A stretch of DNA of 64,000 bases, from positions 124,001-188,000 of the forward strand of contig JBECUI020000034.1 in NCBI GenBank assembly GCA_040954595.2, read 5' to 3'. This DNA is from Balanoglossus misakiensis. Taxonomy: Eukaryota > Animalia > Hemichordata. Of the stretch, positions 22,317 through 34,071 are shown piece after piece (the stretch's first letter is position 1; each line of letters begins with the position of its first letter). Under the pieces are notes generated by a model. That model was not told where the DNA came from. It worked only from the letters and a program-made list of their open reading frames with translations, and did not search any database. Position numbers and translations under genes: made by a program.

Positions 22317-23272
22317 ATGACTGGTATTATTATTCGTGCCTCCAATAATGTCTTTGACCTTTGTCGGAAAGAGCATTTTAAGGAAGATCTCAAGAACGGG
22401 AAAAAGCTTCGCTGCAGAATTAAAGGAAAGAGACTCGATGATACTGATAATAAGAGACCGATTCTGGTTGCCGGCGATCAAGTTCAGTATCGTGAAGATG
22501 CCGACAATCAAGGGAGCATTCTTCTTCGTGAGGAGCGAAGCAATCTTTTACAGCGCTGGAATGTCAGACAGTCATGCATTCAGGTGTTAGCGGCGAATAT
22601 TGATCAGATTGTTATTATTTTCTCAAGCAGAAATCCAACAACTTCTTTCCTTTTTCTTGATGCCCTCTTGGCAGCAGCGCTTCTCGAAGAATTTTCTATT
22701 CATATTGCAGTAAATAAAATTGATCTCGGTATAGAGTCTGATACTGAAGTACGGCTGAAATACTATGAATATCTCGGCTATAAAATGACGTATCTCTCTG
22801 CACTAGAAGGAAAGAATATTAATGCTTTCCACCATACAATACTAAACTCTTCTTCTGTAATACTCGGAGAATCGGGAACGGGGAAATCTACATTACTGAA
22901 TGCACTTTGTCCGCATGCACTGCGAGAGACCGCAGAGGTCTCCCGGAAATGGAATACGGGAAGGCACACTACGAGTCAGTCCGGCATTTTTTTGAGTACT
23001 ATGGATGCGGTTCTTATTGATACGCCGGGAATTAACTCTTTGATCTCTTTTGTTATGAGTACATGGAATTAAGAGATGGGTTTATAGAATTTCGTGAACC
23101 GGCACAAGATTGTTCTTTTTCAAGTTGTACGCACCTTACCGAGCCTAGCTGTGCTGTTCGTGCAGCAGTAGATGGCGGAAAGATCCTTCTGGAGCGTTAT
23201 GAGAACTACAAGAGCCTGCTCCACTCTTGGCAGATGCGTTCTTTACGAGACAATACGTATAAGCGCTCATGA
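22317..23272 (+). CDS. rsgA: Ribosome small subunit-dependent GTPase A (frameshift near 23040)
   Basis: NKID, GESGTGKS, GRHTT, DTPG, zinc site CSFSSCTH..EPSC. Confidence 0.92.
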
Positions 23273-25550
23273 ATCCTCATGTACTCCAAGTTCTGGAATT
23301 TCATCAGATTATCAACGACCTTGCCGGTCACTGTATCAGTGCGAGTGGAAAAGAAGATATTCGTAGATGCAGATTCTTCACTGATGTAGCTGAACTTACT
23401 GCCTACCAAAAGAAGATAGAAGAATTAATACAGAATGATTGGAGCATGCCTGTTGGAACGGTGCATGACATTTCATTTCTCTACGAACGGGAAGACTGCT
23501 TAGAGTTACAGGAATGTTTTATTCTTCTATGCTTCCTTGAAGCCGCACGAAACTTAATATCTAATCTCCGAAAGAACGAGATAGATTCTATAGCTCTTGC
23601 CCACCTTGCCATACCGGATTCACTCTATCACCGTCTGCGGCAGTGTTTTACGAGAGATGGAAATCTTAAAGACAACTGTGTACCGGAATACTTGCGTGTT
23701 TGTAAACGAATAATGGCAACAAGGCGGAAGATAGCCAGTTGTGCTCGGGCATATATTATGAATAATCGCGATGCATATCAACATGACCAGGCAGTTTTGC
23801 GCAATGATCGAACTGTTTTGCCGCTTCGGAGTTCGCATCGTCATGTCTTGCAAGGGTTGATTCACGGAAAATCAGATAGCGGTGCAACCATATTTATCGA
23901 ACCAAGTGATCTTCTCGAAGGGAATAATGAGCTTGCCGAACTAAATGAGGAGAAGGAAGAGATAATTTTTACACTTCGAAAAGAACTCAGTGCGGCTATT
24001 ACTGTAGATCTGCATACATTGCAAAAACTGGAGAGTGCAATAGCCGAAGTAGACGGATGTTGGGCACGAATGTGCTATGCACGCAAGCACAAGGCAGTGT
24101 TTGCAGAGATATCCTCGGATAGAACTATTTCCTTGCAAGAAATACGCCACCCCCTTGTTGATGGGTGTATTCCGCTTACTATAGACAGCGATAACAGTTT
24201 TCTTTTAGTAACCGGACCCAATGCAGGAGGAAAGACAGTCCTTTTGAAGACCATCGCCCTTGCCGCATTAATGCAACAACTAGCCATTCCTCTGCATGCG
24301 GCAGAGGGAAGTAGAATACCAATCTATCAGGATGTGGATGTAGACATCGGTGATGATCAATCCATAGAGCAGGCACTTTCCACCTTTACTGCAAAGATGA
24401 CCCATTTAGCTGACATTATCCGTAGAGCGGATGAAAACTCACTCATTATCATTGATGAATTCGGGTCGGCTACGGATCCGGAAGAGGGTGCAGCCCTTGC
24501 CGTTGCAATAGCGCAGGCGCTAAAAAAGACCGGAAGCACTACCATTTGCAGTTCACATGTCAGTGCATTAAAAGCATTTGCACTTAATAGCGGATCTTGT
24601 GTTGCTATGGAGTTTGATCGGCAGCGTTCCCGTCCGAGCTATCGAGTAGTACCAGGTCCTTCGGAAGGCAGTTATGCCATTGAGAGTGCGGAAAGTTGTA
24701 ATATACCGGCAGAAATCATTGCTGAAGCACGCACATACTACGACCGTACCAAGAGCGGATACACGGAGCTCATAAATAACTTGACAGTACAGTTAAAGAA
24801 AGCCAAACGAACTCGCGAAGCACTGGAAGAAGAACGAGAACGACTAGCAGAAGAACGGCGTACATTGCTGCAGAAAACAGAACGAAGGGAAGAGGCAAGA
24901 CATCAAAAACACGAAGAAACACTGAGCAGTTTACGTTCTGCCTTGGCTGAATCTTCCCGAAATGTAGAAAAATTCATTCAATCAGTCAGAGCAGGCGAGA
25001 TTGAGCACAACAAAGAGAATAGAAAGAAGATCCGAGAGCAATTAGAAGAAACGCGCAGGCTTGTAAAGGAAGAACAGGAGAAGATAGACCAGCGAAAAAA
25101 GCAGGAGTTTATCGCTCCTCCAAGGCCTGGAATGATTATCCGGGTACGGCAGAGCAAGAAAACTGCTACTGTACAGGAGGTAAGTTCCGATAATCGAATA
25201 CTTCTATTATTTGATAACGGTATGCGTTTACAATGTGCAATTAGTGATGTTGTAGAGGTCGTCAAAGAAGAAGATATTCGGAAACCGAAAGCAGTGTATA
25301 ATGTTTCGGTACCTCAGCCCCCGCTTTCTATTGATCTACGCGGGTGCATGGTAGAAGAAGCGCTTATGCAATGTCAACAGACACTGAACCGTCTTTTCCT
25401 TTCTAACAATAAAACTCTTACTATTATTCACGGCATCGGCAAAGGATTCTTCGTAATGCCATAGAAGAGTATTTAATAAGCCATAAGGGACAGGTTCGCT
25501 TCAAAACTTCCCCCTCCGGTGGCTCAACTGAGGTGGAAGTTTTGGAATAA
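23269..25550 (+). CDS. mutS2: Endonuclease MutS2 (frameshift near 25445)
   Basis: SGATIFIEP, GPNAGGKT, DIGDDQSIEQALSTF, DEFGSATDP, coiled coil, Smr domain IDLRG..IIHGIGKG. Confidence 0.92.
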
Positions 25551-25576
25551 GTATTTCCAACTACCGGCAGCAGTCA

Positions 25577-25883
25577 TTATACAAGTGTGTACCCACTTTT
25601 TCGATTTTGTTTGATACAGGGTTCAATTTTTTGAAAAAGCGGGGACATTTGCTTTGATTCTGAATATTGATGGGCGGTAGTTACGACTCTACAGTTGCCG
25701 TGCCTATAGTGCATTCTCAATTTGTGTTGAGAATCAATTTTGTCCATGTAGAAAACTTTTAAATCCGTGAGAATTCCAAGATGTACGGGTTCGTGAATTT
25801 GATTGTGTAAGGTGTGCAAATAATTATTTCCTATTTTTGCTAATCCGGAATAGATTACTTTTTCAGAGAAAATTTTTTCAGTT
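25577..25883 (-). pseudogene. IclR-family regulator fragment (KdgR-like; HTH lost)
   Basis: TEKIFSEKVIYSGLAKIGNNYLHTLHNQIHEPVHLGILTDLKVFYMDKIDSQHKLRMHYRHG resembles the IclR linker/effector domain; no start or HTH; C-terminus internally deleted. Confidence 0.7.
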
Positions 25884-26012
25884 ACCCTTAGAGAAAGCTA
25901 TTCGGCAAGTATAAACGGTTGGAGTGCAATGCTCTATACTAACGGCCACGCGTACTTCTCTAAAAAATATGATATTCAACTGATTGATCGAGTGGGAGGA
26001 GGAGATAGTTTT
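25881..26012 (+). pseudogene. PfkB-family sugar kinase fragment (2-keto-3-deoxygluconate kinase-like)
   Basis: Hand translation VTLRESYSASINGWSAMLYTNGHAYFSKKYDIQLIDRVGGGDSF contains the PfkB anion-hole motif DRVGGGDSF; only about 44 codons survive. Confidence 0.8.
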
Positions 26013-26085
26013 TCCTGTGATAAAATATTGTTCAGGAAAACATCTGTATTTATATTAAGTATTTGGCTTGAGCCGAGGCAATAGT

Positions 26086-26493
26086 ATGGTAGAGCGTATA
26101 GAAGAAGATATAAAACGAGTTGAAGGGAATTTACTTGTTGTGGATTGTGTACACAGAAAACTGGTCTTTAGAGACTATGGCAAATGGCTGTATCCCTTAT
26201 TCAAATTGGAAGATTTTTTATCTCAAAATCCACATATAAAAGCAGAAAATCTTTATGTTATAGATAGTATTATAGGAAAGGGAGCGGCAGTGCTTCTTAT
26301 TACCATGAAAATAGCAAGTTGCTTCGGACATGTCATGAGCGAAGGAGCTACGAAAATGTTTGAAAGAAATGATATAAGATTTCAGCATGGTCAATTAGTT
26401 CAAGTCATACCTTGTCAAACAGAGAAAATAATCGATAATAATATTTCAATTACGGAAGCATACGATATGCTACAATCGAGAAGAAAACAATAA
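26086..26493 (+). CDS. DUF1893 (TM1506-like) protein
   Basis: GKWLYPLF, DSIIGKGAA, VMSEGA, PCQTE pattern; intact ORF with GAGG SD. Confidence 0.75.
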   Translation: MVERIEEDIKRVEGNLLVVDCVHRKLVFRDYGKWLYPLFKLEDFLSQNPHIKAENLYVIDSIIGKGAAVLLITMKIASCFGHVMSEGATKMFERNDIRFQHGQLVQVIPCQTEKIIDNNISITEAYDMLQSRRKQ

Positions 26494-26515
26494 CTAAATA
26501 TGCATGCCTGCGAAA

Positions 26516-26690
26516 CAATATGTCAATGTTTCCATCAAATTTGATACCTTTCTCAACGATTTTTTACGCTTGTTGTCTGCCGTAATATCATCTATCATAC
26601 GATGATACGTACTACCACATGATTCGACACCTTCTTTTGTCTTACGTTCATTATCAATTATACTCACGGCAAATATGTAGCCTTCCTGCT
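26516..26690 (-). pseudogene. Short-chain dehydrogenase fragment (KduD-like)
   Basis: GYIFAVSIIDNERKTKEGVESCGSTYHRMIDDITADNKRK, then a frameshift, then KIVEKGIKFDGNIDIL; resembles the SDR Rossmann segment ending G.IDIL(VNNAG); no start. Confidence 0.5.
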
Positions 26691-26718
26691 TGTCATTATT
26701 TCTTATGTCTGGTACAAT
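26690..26718 (+). promoter_or_regulatory. Putative promoter of the lipoprotein-V-ATPase operon
   Basis: TTGTCA-17-TACAAT with TGn. Confidence 0.55.
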
Positions 26719-26735
26719 AAGTGGTATTGTTGCAT

Positions 26736-27383
26736 ATGAAACATACTGTATTACTTATTATTGCTGTTTCCCTTTTCTCTTCTTGTCTTCTTACGGAAAT
26801 GAAGATTGTCTTTGACACGGCAACAACCGGAACATTTCAATATAGTTATACGGTTGGCACCGATGCAGGAACAGTGCTTGATCTTGAAAATATAGAGGCT
26901 ACCGAACCCTTATTTCCCTTTAAGGTTGATGATTTTCGATTGTTGTCTCGGGTTATTGACGGCATTGATATTGTATCCGTCCAGAGCGTAAAAGACGACG
27001 ATGGGAATATATATCTGCATGCAGAATATGAATTTCATTCACTAGCAGCATTAGCCAATGTCTTGAGTTATATGGGGCTTGAAATTGAAGGCAGAGATCG
27101 GAAGGAACTACGGGAGTTTACCATACGGGGAAAGCGAACACAAACACCAGATGTAGATCGAGTGGATAGTATCAAGGAAGATTCGCAGCTAGACAAGTGG
27201 CATCAGGTTCGCTTTGCACGTTTTCTCTTTCCCGACATGAAGGTACGGTATACAGTAGTAGCTCCAAGAGATATTATTACAGCGAACAAAGGGACAATTT
27301 CGAGAACAATGGTATCATTAACAGAGAATATTACCGATTTGCCGGATAATCCGGCGAACTATGTTTGGCGCATTCAGTGGTAA
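26736..27383 (+). CDS. Lipoprotein, hypothetical
   Basis: MKHTVLLIIAVSLFSSC spirochaetal lipobox; precedes V-ATPase subunit E. Confidence 0.75.
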   Translation: MKHTVLLIIAVSLFSSCLLTEMKIVFDTATTGTFQYSYTVGTDAGTVLDLENIEATEPLFPFKVDDFRLLSRVIDGIDIVSVQSVKDDDGNIYLHAEYEFHSLAALANVLSYMGLEIEGRDRKELREFTIRGKRTQTPDVDRVDSIKEDSQLDKWHQVRFARFLFPDMKVRYTVVAPRDIITANKGTISRTMVSLTENITDLPDNPANYVWRIQW

Positions 27384-27407
27384 TGCATAAGTAGGGAGGA
27401 ATTAATA

Positions 27408-28007
27408 GTGGAATCGCAGCTTGCGGATATAATTCAGAAAATACAGGATGAAGGAACTGATCAGGCGAAGAAAAAGGCAGAAGAAATACTTACTGATGCC
27501 GAAAATCGTGCTGAGGAAATCCTTAAAACCGCGAGGCAGCAAGCCGTTCGGATAGTTCATGATGCAAAAAAAGAGCATGAACATCTGATAGAATCAGGAA
27601 ATGCGACTATACGGCTTGCAGGTCGAGATTTTTGTATAGAAGTTGAGCAAGAGATTAAGGCTATATTTAATCGATTGCTGATAGATAAAAGTGAAGAGAT
27701 ACTAAAAGATAAAGCGATCCTTGCCGTACTCATTGAGATAATCAAGTCATGGGGACAAGGAGGAGCCGACATTCATCTTTCGGAAGATTTATTGAATAAA
27801 GCTGGAAGTGAAATGCGGCAGGAGTTATTTGCAGCGGCTAAAAAAAGTGGATTGAACATTCAGCCGGTGAAATCACAGAAGGGGTTTCAGGTTTTCTTTC
27901 ACAAGGAAGCGAGTTATGTTGATTTTTCACCTGAAACCGTTGCTCAAGCACTTTCAGAGAAACTGCAGCCTTGGTTTGCGTCCTTGTTGAATCCGGGGAC
28001 GAAGTAG
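27408..28007 (+). CDS. V/A-type ATP synthase subunit E
   Basis: MESQLADIIQKIQDEG..A...AEEIL..A coiled coil; first gene of the operon. Confidence 0.88.
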   Translation: MESQLADIIQKIQDEGTDQAKKKAEEILTDAENRAEEILKTARQQAVRIVHDAKKEHEHLIESGNATIRLAGRDFCIEVEQEIKAIFNRLLIDKSEEILKDKAILAVLIEIIKSWGQGGADIHLSEDLLNKAGSEMRQELFAAAKKSGLNIQPVKSQKGFQVFFHKEASYVDFSPETVAQALSEKLQPWFASLLNPGTK

Positions 28008-28570
28008 TGCAATATCATTATTTTGTAGCAACTCTTCCGGCACTCCAGTTGAAGTCAAACGAGGTGTTTTTTAGCATTGATGAGCTATGTACGGAATGTC
28101 GCTATCAATTAACAGACCAGCATTACTCTGAGTTTTGTTTCTTGGCACAGGGTTATGGACTACCAGTTGAAGCAGAACCTGTTTGCCTATCCGAGTTTGC
28201 TCAAACATGTCTGGCATACCGCAGATCACTTTCTGCGGCACTTGCATTGTACAGAAAATTACCGGATGGCTATGAAAATGCACAGTTGGCAAGAGAAATA
28301 GCTATACGCACCGACATTGCTCGGGCATATACAGAAGCAGAACGAATAGCTGCTGATGATAATCCTTATCAGGCAGAGTTGCGTATTATCAAGTCTATTT
28401 GGCAGTTTGTTGAGGAGCATGAAGCTCCTTATCAGTTCTCATTTGAGAATGTACTTGCATATTGTATTAAAACTGCCATGATATTAAAGAAAAAAAGAAT
28501 GACTAGGGAACGAGGAGCCCATGCACTGAATGGTGTCATGGAAGAAATTCTTCTTGCCTCTCCATTCTAG
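28007..28570 (+). CDS. V/A-type ATPase subunit C-like (DUF2764)
   Basis: YHYFVATLPAL, FSFENVLAYCIK motifs; between subunits E and A. Confidence 0.8.
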   Translation: MQYHYFVATLPALQLKSNEVFFSIDELCTECRYQLTDQHYSEFCFLAQGYGLPVEAEPVCLSEFAQTCLAYRRSLSAALALYRKLPDGYENAQLAREIAIRTDIARAYTEAERIAADDNPYQAELRIIKSIWQFVEEHEAPYQFSFENVLAYCIKTAMILKKKRMTRERGAHALNGVMEEILLASPF

Positions 28571-28594
28571 AGCATTAAAAAAGATGAAGTGTGT

Positions 28595-30334
28595 ATGAAA
28601 AAAGGAACAGTAATAGGAATTAATGGAAATTTGCTTACCGTACGAAGTGCTGATGTTCTTGTACTCAATGAAGTTGCGTATGTGCAAACATCTGTGGGAG
28701 AACGATTAAAATCAGAAGTCATTCGTATTAAAGGGGATATTGCGGAGCTGCAGGTCTTTGAACAGACCCATGGTCTTTTAGTAGGCGATCTGGTTGAGTT
28801 CACTGATGATCTTCTTGCAGTCGAACTTGGTCCGGGACTGCTAAGCATGATTTATGATGGATTACAGAATCCGCTGCCGAAAATTGCAGAGGAATGCGGA
28901 TTTTTTCTTACCCGTGGGAGCTATTTTACTCCCTTATCACATGAGCAGGTATGGAAGTTTACTCCGAAGGTACAAGTTGGTGATACGCTTTATCGAGGAG
29001 ACCTTATAGGTACAGTTCCGGAATTCGGCTTTACCCATAAGATTATGTTGCCGTTTTATCTCCATGATACCTATACTGTTGTGAGCATTATATCCGAGGG
29101 CGAGTATCCGGTAACCAAAGAGATTTGCACTGTCAAAGACAGTAAAGGCAAGGAAGAGAACCTGACAATGTCATTTCTCTGGCCAGTCAAACGCAGAATT
29201 GATGCATATAGCGAGCGTACGCTTCCCACGAAACCGATGATAACAAAGGTTCGGATCATTGATACTTTTTTGCCGGTTGCATTAGGCGGTACCTATTGTA
29301 TCCCTGGACCCTTCGGTGCCGGCAAAACGGTTTTACAGCAAATAACGAGTAGAAATGCAGATGTTGATATTGTTGTTATTGCAGCATGCGGGGAGCGGGC
29401 AGGAGAAGTAGTAGAGACATTACGAGAATTTCCGGAGTTAATAGATCCACGAACGGGACGAACACTTATGGAGCGAACTATAATTATCTGTAATACCAGT
29501 TCTATGCCTGTAGCTGCTCGGGAAGCCTCGGTATATACAGCTGTTACGATTGCTGAGTACTATCGCCAGATGGGATTGAATATTCTTCTTTTAGCTGATA
29601 GCACCTCTCGTTGGGCACAAGCTATGCGTGAAATGTCCGGTCGTCTGGAGGAAATTCCCGGCGAAGAGGCATTCCCTGCATACTTGGAATCAGTTATAGC
29701 CGCTTTTTATGAACGAGCCGGCATGGTCAAATTTCGTGACGGGAGTACTGGTTCGGTAACGATCGGTGGCAGTGTCAGTCCTGCCGGTGGTAACTTTGAG
29801 GAACCGGTTACTCAGGCAACTCTCAAGGTTGTAGGTGCATTTCATGGACTTTCTCGGGACAGAGCTGAGGCGCGTAAGTATCCGTCAATAGATCCTCTAG
29901 AAAGTTGGAGTCATTATCAGGGCATCATCGAAAAAGAGTCGGTACAGTATGCCTATTCCGTATTGCGACAGGGAACTGAAATTGAACAGATGATGAAGGT
30001 AGTGGGCGAAGAAGGTACTGGCATTGATGATTACATCATCTACCTGAAAGCTGATTTTATGGACGCTGTGTATTTACAACAGAATGCCTTCGACGAGGTT
30101 GATCAATCGGTCTCCCCGGATCGTCAGAAAAGTCTATTTGATCTTATTATTAAAATATTACGCAGTAACTATCGATTTCCAGGCAAAGAAGATGCCCGTC
30201 TCTTTTTCTATAAACTTCGACAAAAATTCCTGGATTACAACGGCATCCCATGGGAAACAGAGGAATGTTTGCAGCATGAGAAAGAAATTTTGAACATTCT
30301 TGCCAAACAATCTGCAGTAGAGGAAAAAAGTTAA
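28595..30334 (+). CDS. V/A-type ATP synthase subunit A
   Basis: [34 protein letters not shown]. Confidence 0.97.
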   Translation: MKKGTVIGINGNLLTVRSADVLVLNEVAYVQTSVGERLKSEVIRIKGDIAELQVFEQTHGLLVGDLVEFTDDLLAVELGPGLLSMIYDGLQNPLPKIAEECGFFLTRGSYFTPLSHEQVWKFTPKVQVGDTLYRGDLIGTVPEFGFTHKIMLPFYLHDTYTVVSIISEGEYPVTKEICTVKDSKGKEENLTMSFLWPVKRRIDAYSERTLPTKPMITKVRIIDTFLPVALGGTYCIPGPFGAGKTVLQQITSRNADVDIVVIAACGERAGEVVETLREFPELIDPRTGRTLMERTIIICNTSSMPVAAREASVYTAVTIAEYYRQMGLNILLLADSTSRWAQAMREMSGRLEEIPGEEAFPAYLESVIAAFYERAGMVKFRDGSTGSVTIGGSVSPAGGNFEEPVTQATLKVVGAFHGLSRDRAEARKYPSIDPLESWSHYQGIIEKESVQYAYSVLRQGTEIEQMMKVVGEEGTGIDDYIIYLKADFMDAVYLQQNAFDEVDQSVSPDRQKSLFDLIIKILRSNYRFPGKEDARLFFYKLRQKFLDYNGIPWETEECLQHEKEILNILAKQSAVEEKS

Positions 30335-30336
30335 CG

Positions 30337-31632
30337 ATGCAAAAGGTATATACGCATATTGAATCAATAAATGGAAATGTTATTGTTGTTCATGCAGACG
30401 GCATACAATACGGTGAGTTGGCAATTGTAGGAACCCGTTATGGGGACTCCCTTGCTGAGGTTATTCAGATCTATGAAAATCGAGTTAGCTTACAAGTTTT
30501 TTCAGGTGGACGCGGTATTTCTACTGGGGACAAGGTACGTTTTACTGGTAAGGGAATGCGTGTTTCATTTACCCCTGACCTTTTTGGGAGAATTTTTAAC
30601 GGATGCGGTATCCCGCGAGATGGCGGTCCGGCGATAGAAAAAAACCATATAGAAATACGACGTCCTGCTGTGAATCCGTATAAACGGATTATTCCACGAA
30701 ACATGATACGGACTGGCATCCCTATGATTGATGTCTTTAACACCTTGGTGGAATCGCAAAAACTTCCAATTTTTTCAGTATCAGGCGAACCTTATAATGA
30801 GCTATTAGCCCGTATTGCCATGCAGGCAGAGGTAGATCATATCATTCTTGGCACAATTGGCATAAAGTATGATGACTACCTGTACTTTAAGCAAACCTTG
30901 GAGGCAGACGGTTCGTTGGCCCGATCTGTATGTTTTGTACACACAGCAAGTGAACCAATAGTTGAAGCCCTGCTTGTTCCCGATCTCTGTCTTGCGGTTG
31001 CCGAATCATTTGCCCTAGAAGGGAAACGTATTCTTGTTTTACTGAGTGATATGACAAACTTTGCCGATTCACTGAAAGAAATAGCAATTACGCAGGAACA
31101 AGTCCCGTCGAATCGTGGTTATCCAGGCGATTTATACAGTCAATTAGCTGCCCGTTATGAAAGAGCTGTAGATTTTGAGGGAGCAGGTTCCATCACTATT
31201 CTAGCGGTAACAACTATGCCGGGAGATGATGTAACTCATCCAGTCCCGGATAATACTGGTTATATCACAGAGGGGCAGTATTATCTTCATAATGGGGTCA
31301 TAGATCCCTTTGGCTCTCTTTCACGATTAAAGCAAATGGTGAACGATAAAACGCGAAAAGATCACCGTGCTATTATGGATGGCATGGTACGTCTCTATGC
31401 TCAGTATAAGGATAGTTTTGAAAAGAAACAGATGGGATTTCGTATGTCCGACTGGGATAACAAACTACTACAATACGGAACATTTTTCGAGAACGAAATT
31501 ATGAATCTATCGGTTAACCTTCCTTTGGAAGATGTTTTGGATAGAGGCTGGGCAATACTTGCCGAATGTTTTAATCCGGAAGAGACTGGACTTCGCACCG
31601 AACTCATCAATGAATTTTGGCCGAAGAAATAA
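30337..31632 (+). CDS. V/A-type ATP synthase subunit B
   Basis: [37 protein letters not shown]. Confidence 0.97.
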   Translation: MQKVYTHIESINGNVIVVHADGIQYGELAIVGTRYGDSLAEVIQIYENRVSLQVFSGGRGISTGDKVRFTGKGMRVSFTPDLFGRIFNGCGIPRDGGPAIEKNHIEIRRPAVNPYKRIIPRNMIRTGIPMIDVFNTLVESQKLPIFSVSGEPYNELLARIAMQAEVDHIILGTIGIKYDDYLYFKQTLEADGSLARSVCFVHTASEPIVEALLVPDLCLAVAESFALEGKRILVLLSDMTNFADSLKEIAITQEQVPSNRGYPGDLYSQLAARYERAVDFEGAGSITILAVTTMPGDDVTHPVPDNTGYITEGQYYLHNGVIDPFGSLSRLKQMVNDKTRKDHRAIMDGMVRLYAQYKDSFEKKQMGFRMSDWDNKLLQYGTFFENEIMNLSVNLPLEDVLDRGWAILAECFNPEETGLRTELINEFWPKK

Positions 31633-31635
31633 AGC

Positions 31636-32229
31636 ATGTTACGTCTTAGTAAAACAGAACTGAAGCGACAAAAGGATATTCTCAAGCGCTATCAACGCTA
31701 TCTTCCCTTGTTGCAGTTGAAGCAGCAACAATTACAAATCTGTATCCAACAGGTTTTACAGGCAAGAGCAGATAAAAAAGCGGAACAAGCCGTTTTTATG
31801 AGTGCATTAGCAGAGTGGGAAATGGTCTTTGGTGATGACAACTCTATACTGACGAAGTTATCGATTACTTCCGTTGAGACAAAGATTGATAATATCGCGG
31901 GTGTCGATATCCCTGTTTTTGAGAAGGTGCTCTTTCATGTAGAGAAATACGATCTTTTCACTACGCCGTACTGGTCCGAAAAAGGGTTGACAGCAATTCA
32001 AGATCAGGCAGCCATTGAGATACACATTCGTGTTATTGATGAACAATTTACACTTTTGTCTGAAGAACTACGTCGTACAAGTCAGCGGATCAACCTCTTT
32101 GAAAAAGTACTTATACCACAAACAAAAAATAATATTAGAAGAATACGTATAACCCTCAGTGATCAACAGATCGCAGCAGTAGCACGCGGAAAAATGTGCA
32201 AGAGAAAAATATTGGAGAAGGTTCTATGA
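31636..32229 (+). CDS. V/A-type ATP synthase subunit D
   Basis: LSKTELK..RYLPLLQLK, RRTSQRINLFEKVLIP. Confidence 0.95.
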   Translation: MLRLSKTELKRQKDILKRYQRYLPLLQLKQQQLQICIQQVLQARADKKAEQAVFMSALAEWEMVFGDDNSILTKLSITSVETKIDNIAGVDIPVFEKVLFHVEKYDLFTTPYWSEKGLTAIQDQAAIEIHIRVIDEQFTLLSEELRRTSQRINLFEKVLIPQTKNNIRRIRITLSDQQIAAVARGKMCKRKILEKVL

Positions 32230-34071
32230 TAGTTCCCATGAAGAAGGTTAATCTTCTCTTTATTGAACAGGATAAAGAAACTGCTCTGCAAACAATTCGT
32301 CAATTAGGGAGCCTGCATGTTCTTCAACAGGATGAGGAATGGACAAAAGAACGCACTGTCTCCGAAGATGCACAGGCACTTGCAGAGATTAAGCAGGCAT
32401 TAGATGTAATCAAAAAAAAAGGGAAAAAACGCCCTAAGACAAGATTTAGCCTTAACAAAGCCTTGGAAGATAGCGGGAAGATCAATGCTATTCTCCAGAG
32501 AAAAAAAGAAATAGAAACCAGAGTGCGCACCATTCTTGATATTGAACAGGAATTAGCAAACTGGGGTGATTTTAATCCGGAATCGATAAAAGAGTTGACG
32601 AAAGAGGGAATACGTATACAGCTATATGCAATACCGCGAAAAGAATTTAGTCCCGATGCCTTTGAATACCATGTAGTCTTGAGTAATAGAAGGTCTATGA
32701 CTCGTGTGCTCGCTATTGAATTCGTGCCGGATAGTTTTCCAAATGAGTACGTTCCGTGGACAGCTCCCGATCAATCCCTTTCTGACTATAAAAGAGAGAG
32801 ACATGCATTGGAGAAAGAATATACAAAACTAGACCGAGACTTGAAGCTTCTTGCATCTTGTCGTCCAATGTTGCTTGCAGGAGAACAGTATTTGACCGAT
32901 TGCATCGATTGCTCAATGGCTCGTGATTCATTAGAAACATCGGAACCTCTATGCTGGCTTACTGCATACGTGCCGGATAACAAGAGTCTGGTTCTTCTTC
33001 GTGAAAAAGCACGGGAACAGGGCTGGGGATTGGTGATAAAAGATCCCAAAGAAGAGGAGGAACCGCCAACACTTTTACGAACTCCGCGCTTGTTTCGACT
33101 TGTCCAACCCATTTTTTCTTTCTTCGGCACCTTGCCGGGGTATCGAGATTTCGATATCAGCGGCTGGTTTATGTTGTTCTTTACAATCTTTTTTACTCTC
33201 ATTGTTTCTGATGCAGGTTATGCAAGTGTTTTTCTTGTTATTACAGTGTACATGATTATTCAAAGCCTTATTCGAAGTGGCAAGGTGCCACGGCTTATAT
33301 CCTATGGCCTATTGCTCTCTGCTGCAGCATTAGTATGGGGGGGGATAACTGCCAACTATTTTGGGGTCCCGCCGTTCTTTCAGTTTTTGCAACAATTTAT
33401 TGTGCCACTACTATCGGTTTGGAATGATGACAGTACAGCATTTGTGCAATTACTGAGTATCAGCATTGGGGCAATCCATCTTGCTATTGCACATCTTTGG
33501 CGCTTTTTCCACTTACTTAAGGGGAATACAAAACTGAGAGCAATAGCAGAACTAGGATGGCTTACTTCATTGGTAGGGTTGTTTTATGTTATCTTACCAG
33601 TTGTTATTGATGCGAAGCGGTACAGTATACCTGAATTTTCAGTCCCGGCAATTGTTATGGGAGCAGTCTTGGTTGTTATTTTCGGTCAGCAAAGTGGTTC
33701 CTTTTTTCGCGGTTTGTGGAAGGGTATTTTAAATATCTTTAATACTGCATTTGATAATATTGCCCTGTTTTCGGATATTATTTCTTATATTCGGCTGTAC
33801 GCGGTTGGACTGGCAACGTTTGCAGTGGCGAAGGGATTTAATCAAATTGCTGCAGATCTGGCAAGCGACGGGGAGTATTCCAATTGTCATACTAGCGGCA
33901 ATGGTCTTAATTCTCGGTCATGGGTTAAATATAGCAATGTGCATTTTATCAGTTATTGTACATGGAATTCGCTTAAATATGTTAGAATTTTCCGCGCATC
34001 TTGGAGTTGGATGGAATGGGTATCCCTACATGCCGCTACAGGAGCGCATACAAGAAGGAGAACAAATATGA
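32226..34071 (+). CDS. V/A-type ATP synthase subunit I (frameshift near 33872)
   Basis: MIVPMKK, PPTLL, PGY, DAGY, SDIISYIRLYAVGLA; VHGIRLNMLEF in the next frame. Confidence 0.93.
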
